Assembly: GCF_964213995.1 (NCBI RefSeq)
Contig: NC_135808.1
Coordinates: forward strand, 23,498,001-23,562,000
Direction of reading: 5' to 3'
Source: Mustelus asterias
Taxonomy: Eukaryota
Length of the DNA: 64,000 nt
Shown: positions 26,427 to 40,077 of the stretch, piece by piece
Numbering within the stretch: position 1 is the stretch's first letter
How the letters are laid out: every line of letters starts with the position of its first letter
Made by a program: the position numbers and the translations under genes
The notes under the pieces: model-generated
Databases searched by the model: none
The model's input: only the letters and a program-made list of their open reading frames with translations
Told to the model about the DNA's origin: nothing

Positions 26427-27885
26427 AGCAAAATACTGCGGATGCTGCTGAAAAATCTCATCAGGTCTGACAGCATCTGTGGGGAGAGAATAGAGCCAAC
26501 GTTTCGAGGCTCGATGATGCTTCGTCAGAGCTGAATGCAAAGAGAATATGCAGAAATTTATATTTTAAGGGTCGGAAGATGGGGGTGGAATTGAACAAAA
26601 GCAATGGAAACGAGGATACAGAAGGCTGGGAAGATGCTAAGAGTGTCCATTAAGTGATGAGAATGCAGGAATGGCAGAACACAGGTACGGATTGTTAAAG
26701 GACTGCCTGAGGAATGTGGCAGTTGCAGTGAAGGAGAGCTGGAATGGAGAAGTGAAAATATATAACTGAAAAAGGATGATTAAATGGATGAATGATAGGA
26801 CTTGAAATGAAATAAAATAAATTGAAATGGGGTGACGGTGGAGGAGAGAGTTCATCCTCTGAAGTCGTTGAACTCAATGTTCAGTCCAGAAGGCTGTGAA
26901 GTGCCCAATCGCAAGGTGGGGTGCTGTTCCTCCACTTTGTGTTGGGGTTCGATAGAACATTGCAAAAGGCCGAGGATGAACATATGGACAGGAGAGCAGG
27001 GTGGTGTGTCGAAGTGGCAAGCGACCAGAAGGACTGTGTCCTGTTTGCCGACGGACTGAGTGTGTTCAGAAAAGCGGTCACCCTGTCTGCATTTTGTCTC
27101 TCCGATATAGAGTTGACTGCATTGGAATCAGCGAATGCAATAGTGCTGTTTGTAGGAGGTGCATGTGAACCACTGCTTCACCTGAAAGGAATGTTTTGGA
27201 CCCGTGACGCAGGAAAGAAGTAAAGGAGCAGGTGTTACACCCTCTACGATTCATAGAAATCATAGAAGAAATCATAGAAGCCCTACAGTACAGAAAGAGA
27301 CTATTCGGCCCATCGAGTCTGCACCGACCACAATCCCACCCTGGCCCTAGCCCCACATCCCTACATATTTACCCACTAATCCCTCTAACCTACGCATCTC
27401 AGGACACTAAGGACAATTTTTAGCATGGCCAATCAACCTCACCCGCAGATCTTTGGACTATGGGAGGAAACCGGAGCACCCGGAGGAAACCCACGCAGAC
27501 ACGAGGAGAATGTGCAAACGCCACACAGACAGTGACCCAAGCCGGGAATCGAACCCAGGTCCCTGGAGCTGTGAAGCAGCAGTGCTAACCACTGTGCTAC
27601 CGTGCCGCCTGCATGGGAAGATGCCGTGGGCAGTGGGTGAGGAGTTGGGTGTGATGGAGGAGTGGATCAGCCTATCCCAGAACGAGTGGTCCCTGTGGAA
27701 TGCTGACAGCGGGGGCGAAGGGAAGCTGTGTTGGGTAGTGGCATCATGCTGGAGTTGGCAGAAATGGCTGAGGATAGTCCTTTGAATGGGAACAGAAAAT
27801 ACTGGAAAATCTCAGCAGGTCTCACAGCCTCTGTGGGGAGAGAATAGTCCCAACATCTCGAGTCTAGATGACCCTTCGACAGAGC
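26427..27885 (-). mobile_element. Penelope-like element with a directly repeated terminus, interrupted by an HE1 SINE
   Basis: GIY-YIG remnant at 26860-27240; terminal motif repeated at 26427-26535 and 27787-27885. Confidence 0.8.
27250..27609 (-). mobile_element. Young full-length HE1-type SINE
   Basis: Complete head, core and (TTCTATGA)n tail. Confidence 0.88.
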
Positions 27886-29307
27886 GGTCTGTATTGCCAT
27901 TAATGGGTTTACCATGTGAAAACAAACAGATTAAAGAAGGCCAGGGCTATCGCTCAGCAAGTATGGACCCACTGAAATCCATAAGCACTTGGGGCTCAGT
28001 CATTTTGGAATAGAACCATAGAAAATTTCAGCTCAGAAACCGGCCTTTTGGCCCTTCTTGTCTGTGCCGAACCATTTTTTGCCCAGTCCCACTGACCTGC
28101 ACTTGGAATAGAACCATAGAAAATTTTCTTCAATTTTCTTAAAGGTTTATTTGTTAGTGTTACAAGTAGGCTTATAGTAACACTACAGTGTGAAAATCCC
28201 CTAGTCGCCACACCCCGGCACCTGTTGGGGTACATTGGGGTAGAATGTAGCCTGGCCAAAGCACTGAACCTTCACGTCTTTTGTCTATGGGAGGAAACCA
28301 GCGCATCCGCACAGACAGTCATCCAAGCTGGGAACCAAACCTAGGTCCCTGGCGCTATGATTCAGCAGTGCTAACAACTGTGCCAATTGAAACCTCAACC
28401 GTGGAGAATTAATAACAGTGCACAATGACAGATCACAGGACTATACCATACCAATCCCAATGTATTAGAAAGAATCAGATGAGTATATTGCAGATGTTAC
28501 AGATATAACCTTCCAATGTTTCACCATGTCGGGAACTACTTGATCAATAAGGTTCTGTTCACTCAAGTTAAAGAAGTGCACAAAGGCCAACTCCCAGTTC
28601 AAGATATGAAAGGTGCAGATATGATGCAGTTGGCTGGCGAGAAGCCAGACATCTTAAACAATCCTGAGATTGGTGATGGCGTAATACATTCTATTAAGCA
28701 GCGTGCTCTGTTGGTGTGGTTGGGTTACCGAGTTGTGCAGGTTAGGTGGATTGGCCGTGCTAAATTGCCCCTTAGTGTCAGGAAGACTAGTTAGGCTAAT
28801 ACAGGGGGTTATGGGGACAGGGCCTGGGTGAGGTTGTGGTCGTTCCAGACGATAGGCTGAATGGCCTCCTTCTGAACTGTACGATTCTATGACTCTCATA
28901 AACCTGAGCTGCAAAGGTGTCTGGGAAAGGGGAGCAGAGATTGAATGTGATGGAAGTGTGGGCCAAGTTTTCCACGCCACAAAGAGGTGAGGGCACCCTG
29001 CTTATCCTTATAACTGTGTGCAAGATATTCAGCTGTTCCATTGACCCAGGCCTGCGAAGAATGACCAGTTAGAGCCATAGCAGTGACGGAAATCAGAGGC
29101 TGCTCGGCACTTTAAATAATTGAAGCAGATTGTTTTCTTCCACTTGTAACGTGTCTCCAATGCAGCCAATAGTGAGCAAGTTTGTGCTATGCGGATATTG
29201 GTGAGTGAATTTCGTTTGAATTTTAAACTTTAAATCAACACATGCTGCGTCAGAAGTTGAATGGTAAACCATAATTTCTAGCTACATTTTCGTTTTCTCT
29301 CTTACAG

Positions 29308-30173
29308 TTAAGTGTAGTGGCGATTGCAGTCCTCACCTGGGGGAAGGGCAGCCTTTCCACTTTCACCACTCGCTACATGGTGGCCATGGCAATGGTAGAT
29401 CTGCGAGTCATTATCAATGCTGTCATATTCTTAGGAATCAGTTCTTATTATTTGCTGTCATCTTTTTGGGGCATCGCCCCTGTTTGCAGTGTTAGCTTCA
29501 TCCTGATTTATGCAGCTACGGAATGTTCTGTCTGGTTCATTGTCGTTTTCTCCTTTGATAGATTTGAGACCATTTGTTGCTCGAAGATTGAAACAAAATA
29601 TTGCTCCGAGAAAACGGCAGTTGTTGTTCTTTCGACGACTTGAACTCTACTCTGTTTAAAAGCCAACCTGGTCAATTCAGACCTGAACCTGGAGAGGTAA
29701 TTGACAATGTTCCCTTGTTCCGTAATGACAAGCAAAGCTATTATACTGATCTTGGGTGGCATTTAATTTATTTGATAGCATTTTTACAACATTGCTCCAG
29801 TTGACTACAATTATGTTGCTCAATGCTATGACAGTCAGATATATTTTAGTGACGTGACGAGTCCTTAAGGGACTGAGGGGTCAGAACCAGGGAGAGAATC
29901 GCAGTGACCCAGAGGTGGAGAGCAGAAGGAAGTCTGTGATTTTGCTCTTCCCCTTTTCTGGCAGTCTCATACTTCAATGGATTTTAAATGGAATCAAGTT
30001 GTCGTGTGTTGGAGTGCAGGAGGTAATCACGAATATTACAATGATTCCTTGAAAGTCTTTGTGAAAATCAGACCGATGCTGGTGGATTTAAATTGCGATA
30101 CAAACGTATTTATTATGTAGTGGCCCAATGCAAGTTCAAAGAACAGTTCAAAAGTCTGGTGAAATATTCGGTT
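29308..30173 (+). pseudogene. GPR139-like exon 2 pseudogene (P), truncated at its 3' end by an ERV
   Basis: Acceptor TTTTCTCTCTTACAG at 29306-29307. Recognisable TTRYMVAMA, ECSVWF..FSFDRF..ICC, IDNVP, SRRKSVILLF, YNDS and KFKEQFKSLVKY. Extra base just after the acceptor, TGA at 29641, further stops and frameshifts. Confidence 0.88.
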
Positions 30174-31399
30174 TGTCGAAATCTCGACTTCTGAGTTTGA
30201 CTTTAACGCAAACACACATAAACACAATAAACTTAACAGACAGATTGTCTTTATTTACTTGCTAGCAAGGGGACGGTCTTGACACAATGGGTCAGAGGCA
30301 CCACTCCACCGGACGAAAGAAAACCATCCTGGTTTATCCAATTCTGCAGCTCACAGTCAGTTAGGCACAATCCAATCAAAAGTGTTACGAATGACATACT
30401 TTAAGTATTGATCCAATAGAATGAAAGTACTGAACCACGCTGATGTACAAGATCACGATACCTCGTGGGATAACCCAATATATCATCCCTAAGCCTGTCT
30501 TCTAGTCTTTTAATCAGACATCATGTCTCTATTTTGATAGCAGCCTCACAAAATATCTTCACGAAAACAGTCTCACATGGACATTCTTTAATTGAGAAAG
30601 GGGGCATTCAAAGGCCATTAGCATTTTAGGGCCTTGTCAGTGAAGTTAACTGAATCTCTAAGGGATATGGTCAACTCAACTTGGTCTCAGAATATTCCCT
30701 GATTATAGCCCTGATATGTTTGTTTATGGCCAACATAATGAAACACGTGTATATATTGCTTATCAATTCAATGACTGACCTTTTTATCACTACCTACAAT
30801 TTCGAGGGGTGTCATCATGTTTCTATTAATCATTGTCAGTTCCCATTAAGTCCCCAACCATAACTCTTTCGTTAGCTGTGATACTAATGTCTTTCTGACT
30901 CTGTTTTGATTAGAAACTGTGAAGGCAACCTCATTAAAACTCACTCTTGTATCAGTTGTTTCTGATAAGGGATCTGGTAAGGCAATTAAGTGTCCTTTAT
31001 GGCCTTGTGATTCCAACAGTTGGATGCTTTAAATGAATGTATCTAACGTATGTTTAGTATCAAAGGACACTCTAAAACTGTGCATCTAAATTTCTTTGTT
31101 TAACTTCTAAAAATGTACAGAAGATATATTTATATTTATAGACTAATTAAAGGTATTAAACATATCTTTAAAAGTACAAAGTACTAAAAACACCTAATTA
31201 CAATTACGAACAAACTTGGTCCCCATTGATAAAATGAATTCTACATCTAAGTTTGATTAAACAGAAAACTCGAGCAGAGTCTGGCAATCTCGGAGTAACC
31301 CTTTTCTTTTCTATCTTTCTACATGCCCTCCTCTTGTCCTTGTCAAGGACAACAATTTCAATCTAACTGAATCTTGTAAAGTCTCTTCATTTCCTTGTC

Positions 31400-32600
31400 T
31401 ACTGCATTCTCTGAGAGTTCTGGAGTTGTTATTATCATCATAGTGGCTACAGCTCCTGGTATAACTGCATTTCCAAACCGTGCACGGCAACACTTTATCA
31501 TGGCAAATACCAGACATAGGGTAACGATAACGGCCAAAAATACGATTAACCCATGTACTAGGGACCTACCTATTGCTCCTAAACATCACCCCACCCAACC
31601 AAAAATTCTCGAAGAATCTGGTTCCTTAAACATCTTATCCTTCTTTTGGACATGGTCCACTAAACTACCAATTTCATCAGAATACTTGGGGATGTATGTG
31701 CAGCATTCAGACCTTATTATCGCACATGTCCCACCTTTTTCAGCTAACAAATAATCTAGGGCCATCCTGTTCTGTAAAGTCACTGTCCTAATGGCTCTCA
31801 TCTCATTGCTTAACCCTTTTATAGCTTTTGTGATTTCATTTGCCACCACTTCTAATAATTTAGCTATTTTTATCATTTCGACTGAGGTAAATCCCATTCC
31901 AACAGAGGGAAAAAGGGTGGAGAAGAATTGTTGTGTTTCTGTAAGTGCGCGTTTAGACCAATAAAGGGGGAGATGTGCTAGGGAGGGCAAATGATGGATA
32001 TAAGACATTACATAGCCCAGGTAACATGACCCTTCCCAATTTAATGGCAACCAGGGATATGCTTGATGTCCATACAACAAAGTATGTTCCATTTAAGGTT
32101 CACAAACTGATACCATTTCCTTCAGTTATAGTGTTTGCAAATGTGCGGATCAGTGAAATGTTACACTTAGTTGTTCCTGCATTCCATCCACCTGTCTGTA
32201 TGCTGACCAGACAAATTGTCCCATTGGGTCTCCCTTGTTCTGTTGTGTGAGTAAGGAACAAGACAGGGGGCTTCTGAGAAAGGTTATAATTAGCTTGGAA
32301 CCTTCCATTAAATTTATTCATATTATGCCCAGCTGATTTCCAATGTTCCCTGCTATTCACTCGTCGTTCCTGAAGAAGGACTATTGTTCTGATTTTGGGC
32401 GACATTTTCTGATTCAGCCACCATTCTGATTCATTGAAAGGAATTGGACTTAAAGGAATACCTCCTTCGGGTGCGTCGGTACATGAGTACACACCCAACA
32501 GCTGGAAGCGGTGATATCCCTGGCATAGGTGTATCACATGTGCATGAAGGTATTTATGTGCAATTCACACAATACATGTATTATATATGTCACAAGAAAA
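31400..32600 (-). pseudogene. env: ERV-2 env (disrupted; ends approximate)
   Basis: WLPLNWEGSCYLG, cleavage SKR/A, ISD LQNRMALDYLLAEKGGTC, CX6CC (CAIIRSECC), hydrophobic TM near 31430-31560. Confidence 0.9.
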
Positions 32601-32622
32601 TAGAGTCTTAATGTCCAGTTTC

Positions 32623-33550
32623 CTATATCGATGAGGCTGATGATTCCTTTTCCTCGGGACCTGGAGCCCACTTGCAATGCGATGCGTGGATCCATGACGG
32701 TCTTTCCTTCACCTTGATCGCAGTGTTGGTGGTCAGCAAGACGTGAGAGGGGCCCTCAAATCGTGGGTGAAGACTATTCTCTCTTTTAAACACCTTCACA
32801 TGAAAGACGTCGCCCAGTTCTAAGTTGTGGCACCTCCCTTCTGTGGGATCAGTCTGAGCTTCCTTTACCTGGGAATGGAAACTAGAAATACATTTTGTTA
32901 ACGCAATACAATCGTTTAGCACATTTTCTTCCATTCTGTGGATATTCAAATGCTTAACAGAAATAAAAAGGCAAATGTTACGGGCTTGTGTGGCAATAGC
33001 CCAATTGTTCTGTTTGTTGCTGACCGCATTACCATTACTGCTCAGGGTAACAGTTGAACCGATTTTATTCCGGTTTCCACACAATGTTTGCCAGCTTGTT
33101 CTTCAGCATTCCATTATATCTCTATACCAGTCCAGCTGACTGTGGAGGATAACTGCAATGAAAATGCTGATTGATTCGCAATGCTTGACACATTTCTTTC
33201 ATATCTGTCCCGTTAAAATGTGATCCATTATCACTTGAAAGTTGTAGAGGTATGCCAAATCGTGGCACAATTTATTTTAGGAAATACTTAGCAACAATAG
33301 TAGCATCATTATTTTTAAATGGAAAGGCTTCAAGCCATCTAGGAAATACATCAATAATTACTAATATACACTTAACTCCCATGCACGGGGGTAATTCAAT
33401 AAAATCAATTTGCAGATTTATAAAGGGTCCTGTTGGATTTGGGTGGGAGGCAGCCTATACCTTTTCTGTTTTTCCCAGATTTATGGTTTGACAGGAAACA
33501 CATCTTTCAGTAATTTGTTTGTGGTTGCTGAAATATCTGGTGCATACCAT
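32623..33550 (-). pseudogene. pol: ERV-2 integrase remnant
   Basis: GPFINLQIDFIELP, DVFPRWLEAFP, PRFGIPLQLSSDNGSHF, YPPQSAGLV, GPSHVLLTTNTAIKV...WIHASHCK. Confidence 0.88.
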
Positions 33551-34691
33551 TTTTAAAAATATAGTCTGCCACCCCCCCCCCCCCCCCACCCCCACCCCCT
33601 TTTTCGAATCTCCAATTTACCTTCTTTTTTTTCCTTCCTCCCGGGATCTCTGTTCAAAAGGCATTCTTCTAGACAGGATATTCTATCGAGGTTGAATGTA
33701 TCAAAAGGTGGGAAAGATTTTTTCTTACCCTTGGTCCATTCTACCCATTGTTGCAGGTCACTGATTGGTGACTGACCACAATTTTGAAACAAAGAAAGCT
33801 GATGTTCCCGTCTGTGAAATTTTATTCGAACTCGCTCCCATTCTCTTAACCGATTGAGTTGGCACAGGTCACAGTATACAATCCCATTGCATCAACCGGT
33901 ATTCTCTTCGCTCACTTCACCTGGCCTTCATGTGCCCATTTGGGCTCTTAATTCCGGCTCAGTCTGGGTGTCTGTGATATTTGTTGGAAGCAAGTCACTC
34001 GTTTGCTGATCAACCGATTATCACAGCAACTCAATCAGTTAAGGGTGATTTACTTTGTATCTCTCTGTTAATTCCCAGTGATTTGATTCCCAAGGGCTCG
34101 ACAGGAACATAAAGTACAAAACGCACAACAAAAAATCACTTGCAGTACAATCTTATACTTTAACTAAACATATAAACAATTCTCTGTCTACGTTGTGTGC
34201 CACCACAGACAGAGCCCTTAGCACATTATCTTAAACTCTAACAGTGCACTTTACTTAATCTCACTTATGATCCTATCACAGAAGGATCGGTCCTATCACA
34301 CAAGGACTCTATCTGTCCCTTTTAGCTTTTTTGCTCCATCAAACAAGGGCTTATTCCTCTCACAGATGGAACAGTAACTTTCTCTCTTTCTTCTGACGTC
34401 TTTCCTGTAGGCTTACTTACACAACCTGTCCAGTCTGTTCAGGAGTGGATTTTGAACAATCTGTCCCTCTTTGTCGTCAAGCTAAAGAAGAGGAAGTGAT
34501 AAAAATAAGTTACTGAAATCAGTCAAATATCGCAGGACACCCGCCGGGACAAACAGACTGCACTTTCATCCATCCAAGGGAGGGCCTCTTTAGTGACTGA
34601 AGTATCACCCTTTATTTCACTGGCCAGTTGGAGTCATTCCTTGGAGAGCCGCTGTCCTTGTGTCTGTTTACTCACCAGGTAGGGGCAAGTG

Positions 34692-34709
34692 ATTTTGGAG
34701 GAACCTCCA
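34692..34709 (-). promoter_or_regulatory. Primer-binding site, tRNA-Gln-like
   Basis: TGGAGGTTCCTCCAAAAT versus the tRNA-Gln complement TGGAGGTTCCACCGAGAT; adjacent to the LTR end. Confidence 0.7.
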
Positions 34710-35897
34710 AGGAACACTGTCGAAATCTCGACATCCGAGTTAGACTTTAACATAAACACATATCAACACAAAATACTTAACCGGGACCCCTCGGCTCCCA
34801 CCCCTCCTTGTGTCCTTTAATTTATATGTTTGATTCATGTTTTTCCGATCAATATTAATCACTTAATCTGCACTTGACCACCAACTCCACCAATTTATCT
34901 CAGTCATTTAGAAGTTCTGCACTGTCCACCTCCAAATTCCACAATTTTGCGAATTTGCATATCATCTACAACCTTTGAAAGTCTGCCCTGTACAATAAAG
35001 GATGCAATATGAGAAGTTTGATTGATCCGAACTAAGATTTATGGGGACCACTTTCTAACAATAACGCCCAATCGGAAAACGCATCAGGTTATAGAAACGT
35101 TAACCATTTAGCAGGAAACAAAGTTTAAATGATGAATTCAGAAAGAATATGAACCAATTGCCAGTAATTAGCAGCACTTAACAAAAAGAGAAGACAGAGC
35201 ATCGCTCTATCCACTTCTCTCTAATAACACCTTCTCCCAACACCTCTCGCTACATCTTGATCTCTATCTCTGTCTGCAATTTCCTCAACGTATCTTCCCA
35301 TCGCAGTTCTTCTCATCCTTTTATATGCCACAGCACATTTCTTTACTATTTAAGAATAGAGAGGTAATTCTGCTATTTTCCCAGAACTGCTCTACGGCAA
35401 ATACTTCTCTGGGCGGATTTTAAGCCTACATTGTCCCGAGTGCACTTTTCGTGCCCCTTACATCACATTCTCGAATTGGAGGATACTCTTTCATTTCTTC
35501 GTATATCACATCCTGTGTCGCACATTCTGTCATCTTCCCTTACTGGGAACTTTGTTTTGGAGATGGCGAGCATAGAGCTGAAGACAAAGGTTAGCTTTAG
35601 TTTAATTGCCTCAATTTTTAATCATTTCGATTATTTTTTCGGGGATTGGGGGTTGGGAGGGAGGGGGGGGGGGGGGTGGTGGTGGTGGCGCGGTGTTCTT
35701 CACAATGCACCAGTGTAGCTTTGCAGACCAGCTGGGAACCACTGCTCTAACGTTCTTTTAACATCTCCTTTGGCCCTTCTCTCGACAAGAAGGCTTCTGA
35801 GAGTCATTTTTTAAAAATTCCTTAAACTGTTTAAATCTCACCTTTTTTCCAATTTTTGGAAATTACCCTGGATAAAATATTCTGAAGAACAGCTCAT

Positions 35898-37340
35898 GTG
35901 CTCCCACTATTGAAGAAAGGTTGCAGAGACAAGCCAGGGAAAGTCAGACCAGTGAGTCTCATGTCTGTAGTTGGAAAACTACTGAAGAAGATTCTGAAGG
36001 AGAGAATCTATCTCCATTTGGAGAGGCAAGGTTTGGTCAGGGCTAGTCGGCATAGTTTTGTCAGTGGGAGGTCATGCCGAACAAATTTGATTTTTTTTGA
36101 GCATGTAACGAAGTGAGTGGATGAGGGTAGTGCGGTTGATGTAGTTTACATGGATTTCAGCAAAGCCTTTGACAACGTCCCACATGGGAGACTTTCTAAG
36201 AAGGCCAATGCACATGTGATGCAAGGTGATCTGACAAGGTTGACTCATAATTGTCTGAGCGGTAGGAGACAGAGGTGACAGATGGCTGCTTTAGTGACTG
36301 GAGGCCAATGAGCAATGGTGTACCACAAGGATCTTTGCTGGGTCCACTATTGTTCGTCATTTATATAAAAGTCATAGATGACTATGTGGGGCGTAGGATC
36401 AGTAAATTTCCCGATGACACAAAGATTGGCCTGGAAGTTAACAATGAGTTTGAGTGTCTTGGGTTACAGGAAGAGATTGATGCGATGGTCGAATGGACGG
36501 AAAAGTGGCAGATGGAACTTAACCCCGAAAAGTGTGAGGTGATGCATTTTGGAAGGAGTAATTTTACAAGGAAGTATGTTATGAAAGGTCTGACACTGGG
36601 AAGTTCCGAAGAACAAAGGGACCTTGGTGTGTTTGTCCATAGATCTCTGAAGGCCAAAAGGCAGGTAAATAGGGTGGTAAAAAAGGCACATGGTACACTC
36701 GCCTTTATCAACCGGGGCATAGATTACAAAAGCAGAGAGGTCATAATGGAATTGTATAAAACTTTGGTGAGGCCACAGCTGGAGTACTGTGTGCCGTTCT
36801 GGTCGCCACAGTATAGGAAGGACGTGAACGCACTGGAGGGGGTGCAGAGGAGATTCACCTGGAAGCTGCCTGGAATGGAACATTTAAGTTATGAAGAGAG
36901 GTCGGAAAGGCTTTGGTTGTTTTCGTTGGAGCAGAGAAGACTGAGCGTTGACCTGATTGAGGTGTTCTATATTATGAGGGGCATGGACAGGATGGATAGG
37001 GAGCAGCTGTTTCCCATAGTTGAAGGGTCAGTTACGAGGGGACACAAGTTAAAAGTGAGGGATGGGAGTTTTAATGGGGATGTGAGGAAAAATATTTTTA
37101 CTCAGAGGGTGGTGAGAGCCTGGAATGCACTGACTGGGAGTGTAGTGGAGGTGGGGTGCCTCACATCCTTTAAAAAGTACCTGAATGAGTACTTGACACG
37201 CCATGACATTCAGGGCGATGGGCCGCGTGCTGGTAAGTGGGATTAGATGGGCAGTTCAGGGCATTTCATGCGTCGGTGCAGGCTTAATGGGCCAAAAGGA
37301 TTCTTCTGCACTGCAGTCTTCTGTGATTCTGTGATTCTGT
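35898..37340 (+). mobile_element. 5'-truncated CR1 LINE (RT and 3' UTR)
   Basis: RPVSLMSVVGK, GVPQGSLLGP, FPDD, LVRPQLEYC; (TTCTGTGA)n tail. Confidence 0.9.
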
Positions 37341-38150
37341 GAAAAGCAAATTACTGCGGCTGCTGGCATCTGGAACCAGAAGGAAAAATGATGGAAAAAC
37401 TCAGCTTGTCTGGTGAGCATCTGTAGGGAGAGAAAAGAGAGCTGACGTTTCGAGCCAAAACTCAAAGGGATAGAAAGTGGACGATATTTATACTGCAGGG
37501 TAATCAAATGAAAGATGAATAATAGGCATAGAAACAAGGCGAAAAGCTGCTAATGGCAGTCCATAGAGAGAACAGAAAGTGTGAATGGCCAAACGGCAGA
37601 GAAGCTGAAATCAGAGGCTAAACTGTGATAGATAAAGATGTGGGTGGAGGTGGGAGATGGGTGGAGGTGGGAGATGGGTGGGAGAGAGGTAAAATTGAGA
37701 AAGGGCGAAAGGGGGAGAAAAGGTAAGGAAAATGGGGGAATACATAGGGGTAAAGAGTGGGAGGGGAAAGAATAACAAAAAAAGACAATGAAGAAATAAA
37801 AGGCAGGGAACAGTTAAAGTTAAGTGAAATGAAAACAAAGGGGTCGAGATGGGGTAGAGCTAATCACCTGAAGTTTTTGAATTCGATGTTGCGACCGGAA
37901 GACTGTAACGTGTCTAGATGGACAATGAGATGCTGTTCCTCCAGTTTGTGTTGAGCTTCACTGGAACATTGCAGAAGGCCAATGACAAACATATGGGCAT
38001 GGGAGCAGGGTCGTGCATTAAAATGGCAAGCAACTGGAAGGTCAGGGTCCTGATTGCTGTGCTGAGCAATGTGATCACCCAGTCTATGTTTGACCTCTCT
38101 GATATAGAGGCCACTATATTGCTAGCAGTGAGTGCAACAGACCAGACGGC
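37341..38150 (-). mobile_element. Penelope-like element 3' fragment
   Basis: Same terminus and GIY-YIG C-terminal remnant as the 26.4-kb copy. Confidence 0.75.
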
Positions 38151-38329
38151 ACCCTGACCATCCCTGTTGGCCGAGGGTTTTCGGAAACAAATGAAAATGG
38201 AGGAAAGAGTTCATGCTCCGAAATTATTCCAGTCAGTGTTACGCCCAGCGGTCTGTAGAAAGTCTACTCAGAAGACGAGGGTTTCTTTCTCCACTTTCCC
38301 AATGCAATGTGGGGCACACAGGCACTGAA

Positions 38330-38850
38330 AGAGATCCACACACACACACACGCAAGCACGCACATACACACACACACATAGATACACACAATAACGAGCC
38401 CACAAATCTAAATATGCAGGCTCACAGAGATACAGGCACACACGCTTACAGGTATACAGACACACGCATGCTCGCACAGAGATACCGACTCACACAAACA
38501 TTCACAGAGATACCACGCAAAAGGTTCACAGAGGCACACACGCTTTCACAGAGATACAGGCACACACACACAAATACTCGCAGAGATGCAAACACACACC
38601 CTCACATAGATGCACACATGCGTGCTAACATTGATATCGATACAAACGCTCACAGAGATACACACGCACACATGCTCACAAAACTGTTCACACACACAGT
38701 CCACAGAGGCACAGAATCACACCCACAAGCACACACACATAGAGATACACAAACACACACAGTCACACACAAAAATAGGCAGGGACACACAAATACACAC
38801 AGAACTACACATACAAAGAGGCAGACAGACACACATGAACAGTTACACAT
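38330..38850. repeat. Degenerate CA-rich simple repeat
   Basis: (CA)n and CAGAGATACA variants. Confidence 0.9.
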
Positions 38851-39019
38851 TATTCCAACTGCAACAACAAGAAAAGAAGAACGTTGAATGGCAGGGGACA
38901 AATGATCCTATCAGAAATTTTCGAATCTTGTCCAGAGTAAGTTCTGCACAGTCCCATTGGCAGCTTCAGTGAGTTGAATGTGTTCTGCGCCCGTGCTGCT
39001 CTTTGCGAGTGTGCAGATG

Positions 39020-39465
39020 TTCTCCTTCTACACTGTCCACATGAATGACTCCCAGCACAGATCCAGCACGGGGTTAGATACAGAGTAAAGCTTCCTCTCC
39101 ACTCTCCCCATTAAACACTGCAAGGACATGTAGAGCACAGGGTTAGATACAGGATAATGCTCCCTCTGTACTCTGCGCTCAAACAGTCCCAGGGCAGGTA
39201 GAGCACGGAGTTAGTTTGAGAGTAAAGCCCATTTAAACTGTCACAATCGAACACTCCTAAGACAGGTACAGCACTGAGAAAGAGATATAATAAGTCTCCT
39301 TTTACACTGTCCCTATCAAACACTGACAGGACACGTACAAAACGAGATTACATGCAGACTAAAAGTCCCTCTACACTGTCCGACCAAAAACTCCCAGGGC
39401 AGCAGCAACACGGGGGTAAATGCAGAGTATAGCTGCATTTTCAATGAACCATCAAACATTCCCAG
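39020..39465. repeat. Tandem satellite, unit about 66-70 bp (..CAAACACTCCCAGGGCAGGTACAGCACGGGGTTAGATACAGAGTAAAG..)
   Basis: About 6 degenerate copies, ending abruptly at the ERV-1 5' LTR. Confidence 0.8.
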
Positions 39466-40056
39466 TGAAGTGAGGAAAAACATACAGATGAGTACACTTT
39501 AAAAATGACTGCCTGGCACATAAAGCGTTAACTGGGAGAGAGACCATAAAAGTGACACTGACTCTTAGCCCAGCAACTACTTGTAAATTAAAACATGCAT
39601 GAATTAGATACTGCAGGAAGCCAGTGGAAATAGGGACAGTCCCAGGACAAAAGGGTCTGTTAAAGAGATTAGCCACAAATGGGAATGGGAATAAGTAAAT
39701 GCAGGAAAGCCAATTATTTTATGAATGAGCCGAAACTAAACCACTGATGGTCACTGACGTAGGAAATGTATCCATTCATAGAACAATGCGATGTTAACAT
39801 GCTTATGTCTGTATCTGTCTGTATTTGTCTATAACGATGTGTTAACAATCGATCACCGACTTGATTACAACGATGTGATAATGGCTAAATGTCTGGTCCA
39901 TCTATTGTGTAAATGGTATAAAGATGGACCGCTCCTGTTGTATCATTGAGAGAAGGTTTGCTGCTTGTTAGTGCCTTGTCTCCACGAAGCTTCGTTAAAA
40001 TAATACTGTATTCTTGAAACCTTCATGCCTGACTCAGTGGTACATTTCCCACAAAA
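39466..40056 (+). repeat. ERV-1 5' LTR
   Basis: Direct repeat of 46307-46935; GGTATAAAAG TATA box near 39916; followed by a PBS. Confidence 0.88.
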
Positions 40057-40058
40057 AT

Positions 40059-40077
40059 TGACTTAGTCGGCTAGGAT
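40059..40077 (+). promoter_or_regulatory. Primer-binding site, tRNA-Ser-like
   Basis: TGACTTAGTCGGCTAGGAT resembles the tRNA-Ser complement TGGCGTAGTCGGCAGGAT and lies right after the 5' LTR. Confidence 0.65.

Larger units (their letters stand above)
30174..34781 (-). mobile_element. Internally deleted endogenous retrovirus ERV-2 (gamma/epsilon-type env); 5' LTR truncated to about 64 bp
   Basis: Direct repeat TGTCGAAATCTCGAC...ACTTAAC at 30174 and 34718-34781. PBS TGGAGGTTCCTCCAAAAT. Gag start MGASSNK at 33841, integrase remnant, env. Confidence 0.88.

Noticed and set aside
29160-29206. ATG...GTGAGT mini-exon as exon 1 of pseudogene P
   Set aside because: No similarity to the family exon 1; phase 2 gives an immediate stop.
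38213-38972. His/Thr-rich ORFs of 224 and 120 aa
   Set aside because: Translation artefacts of CA-rich simple repeats.
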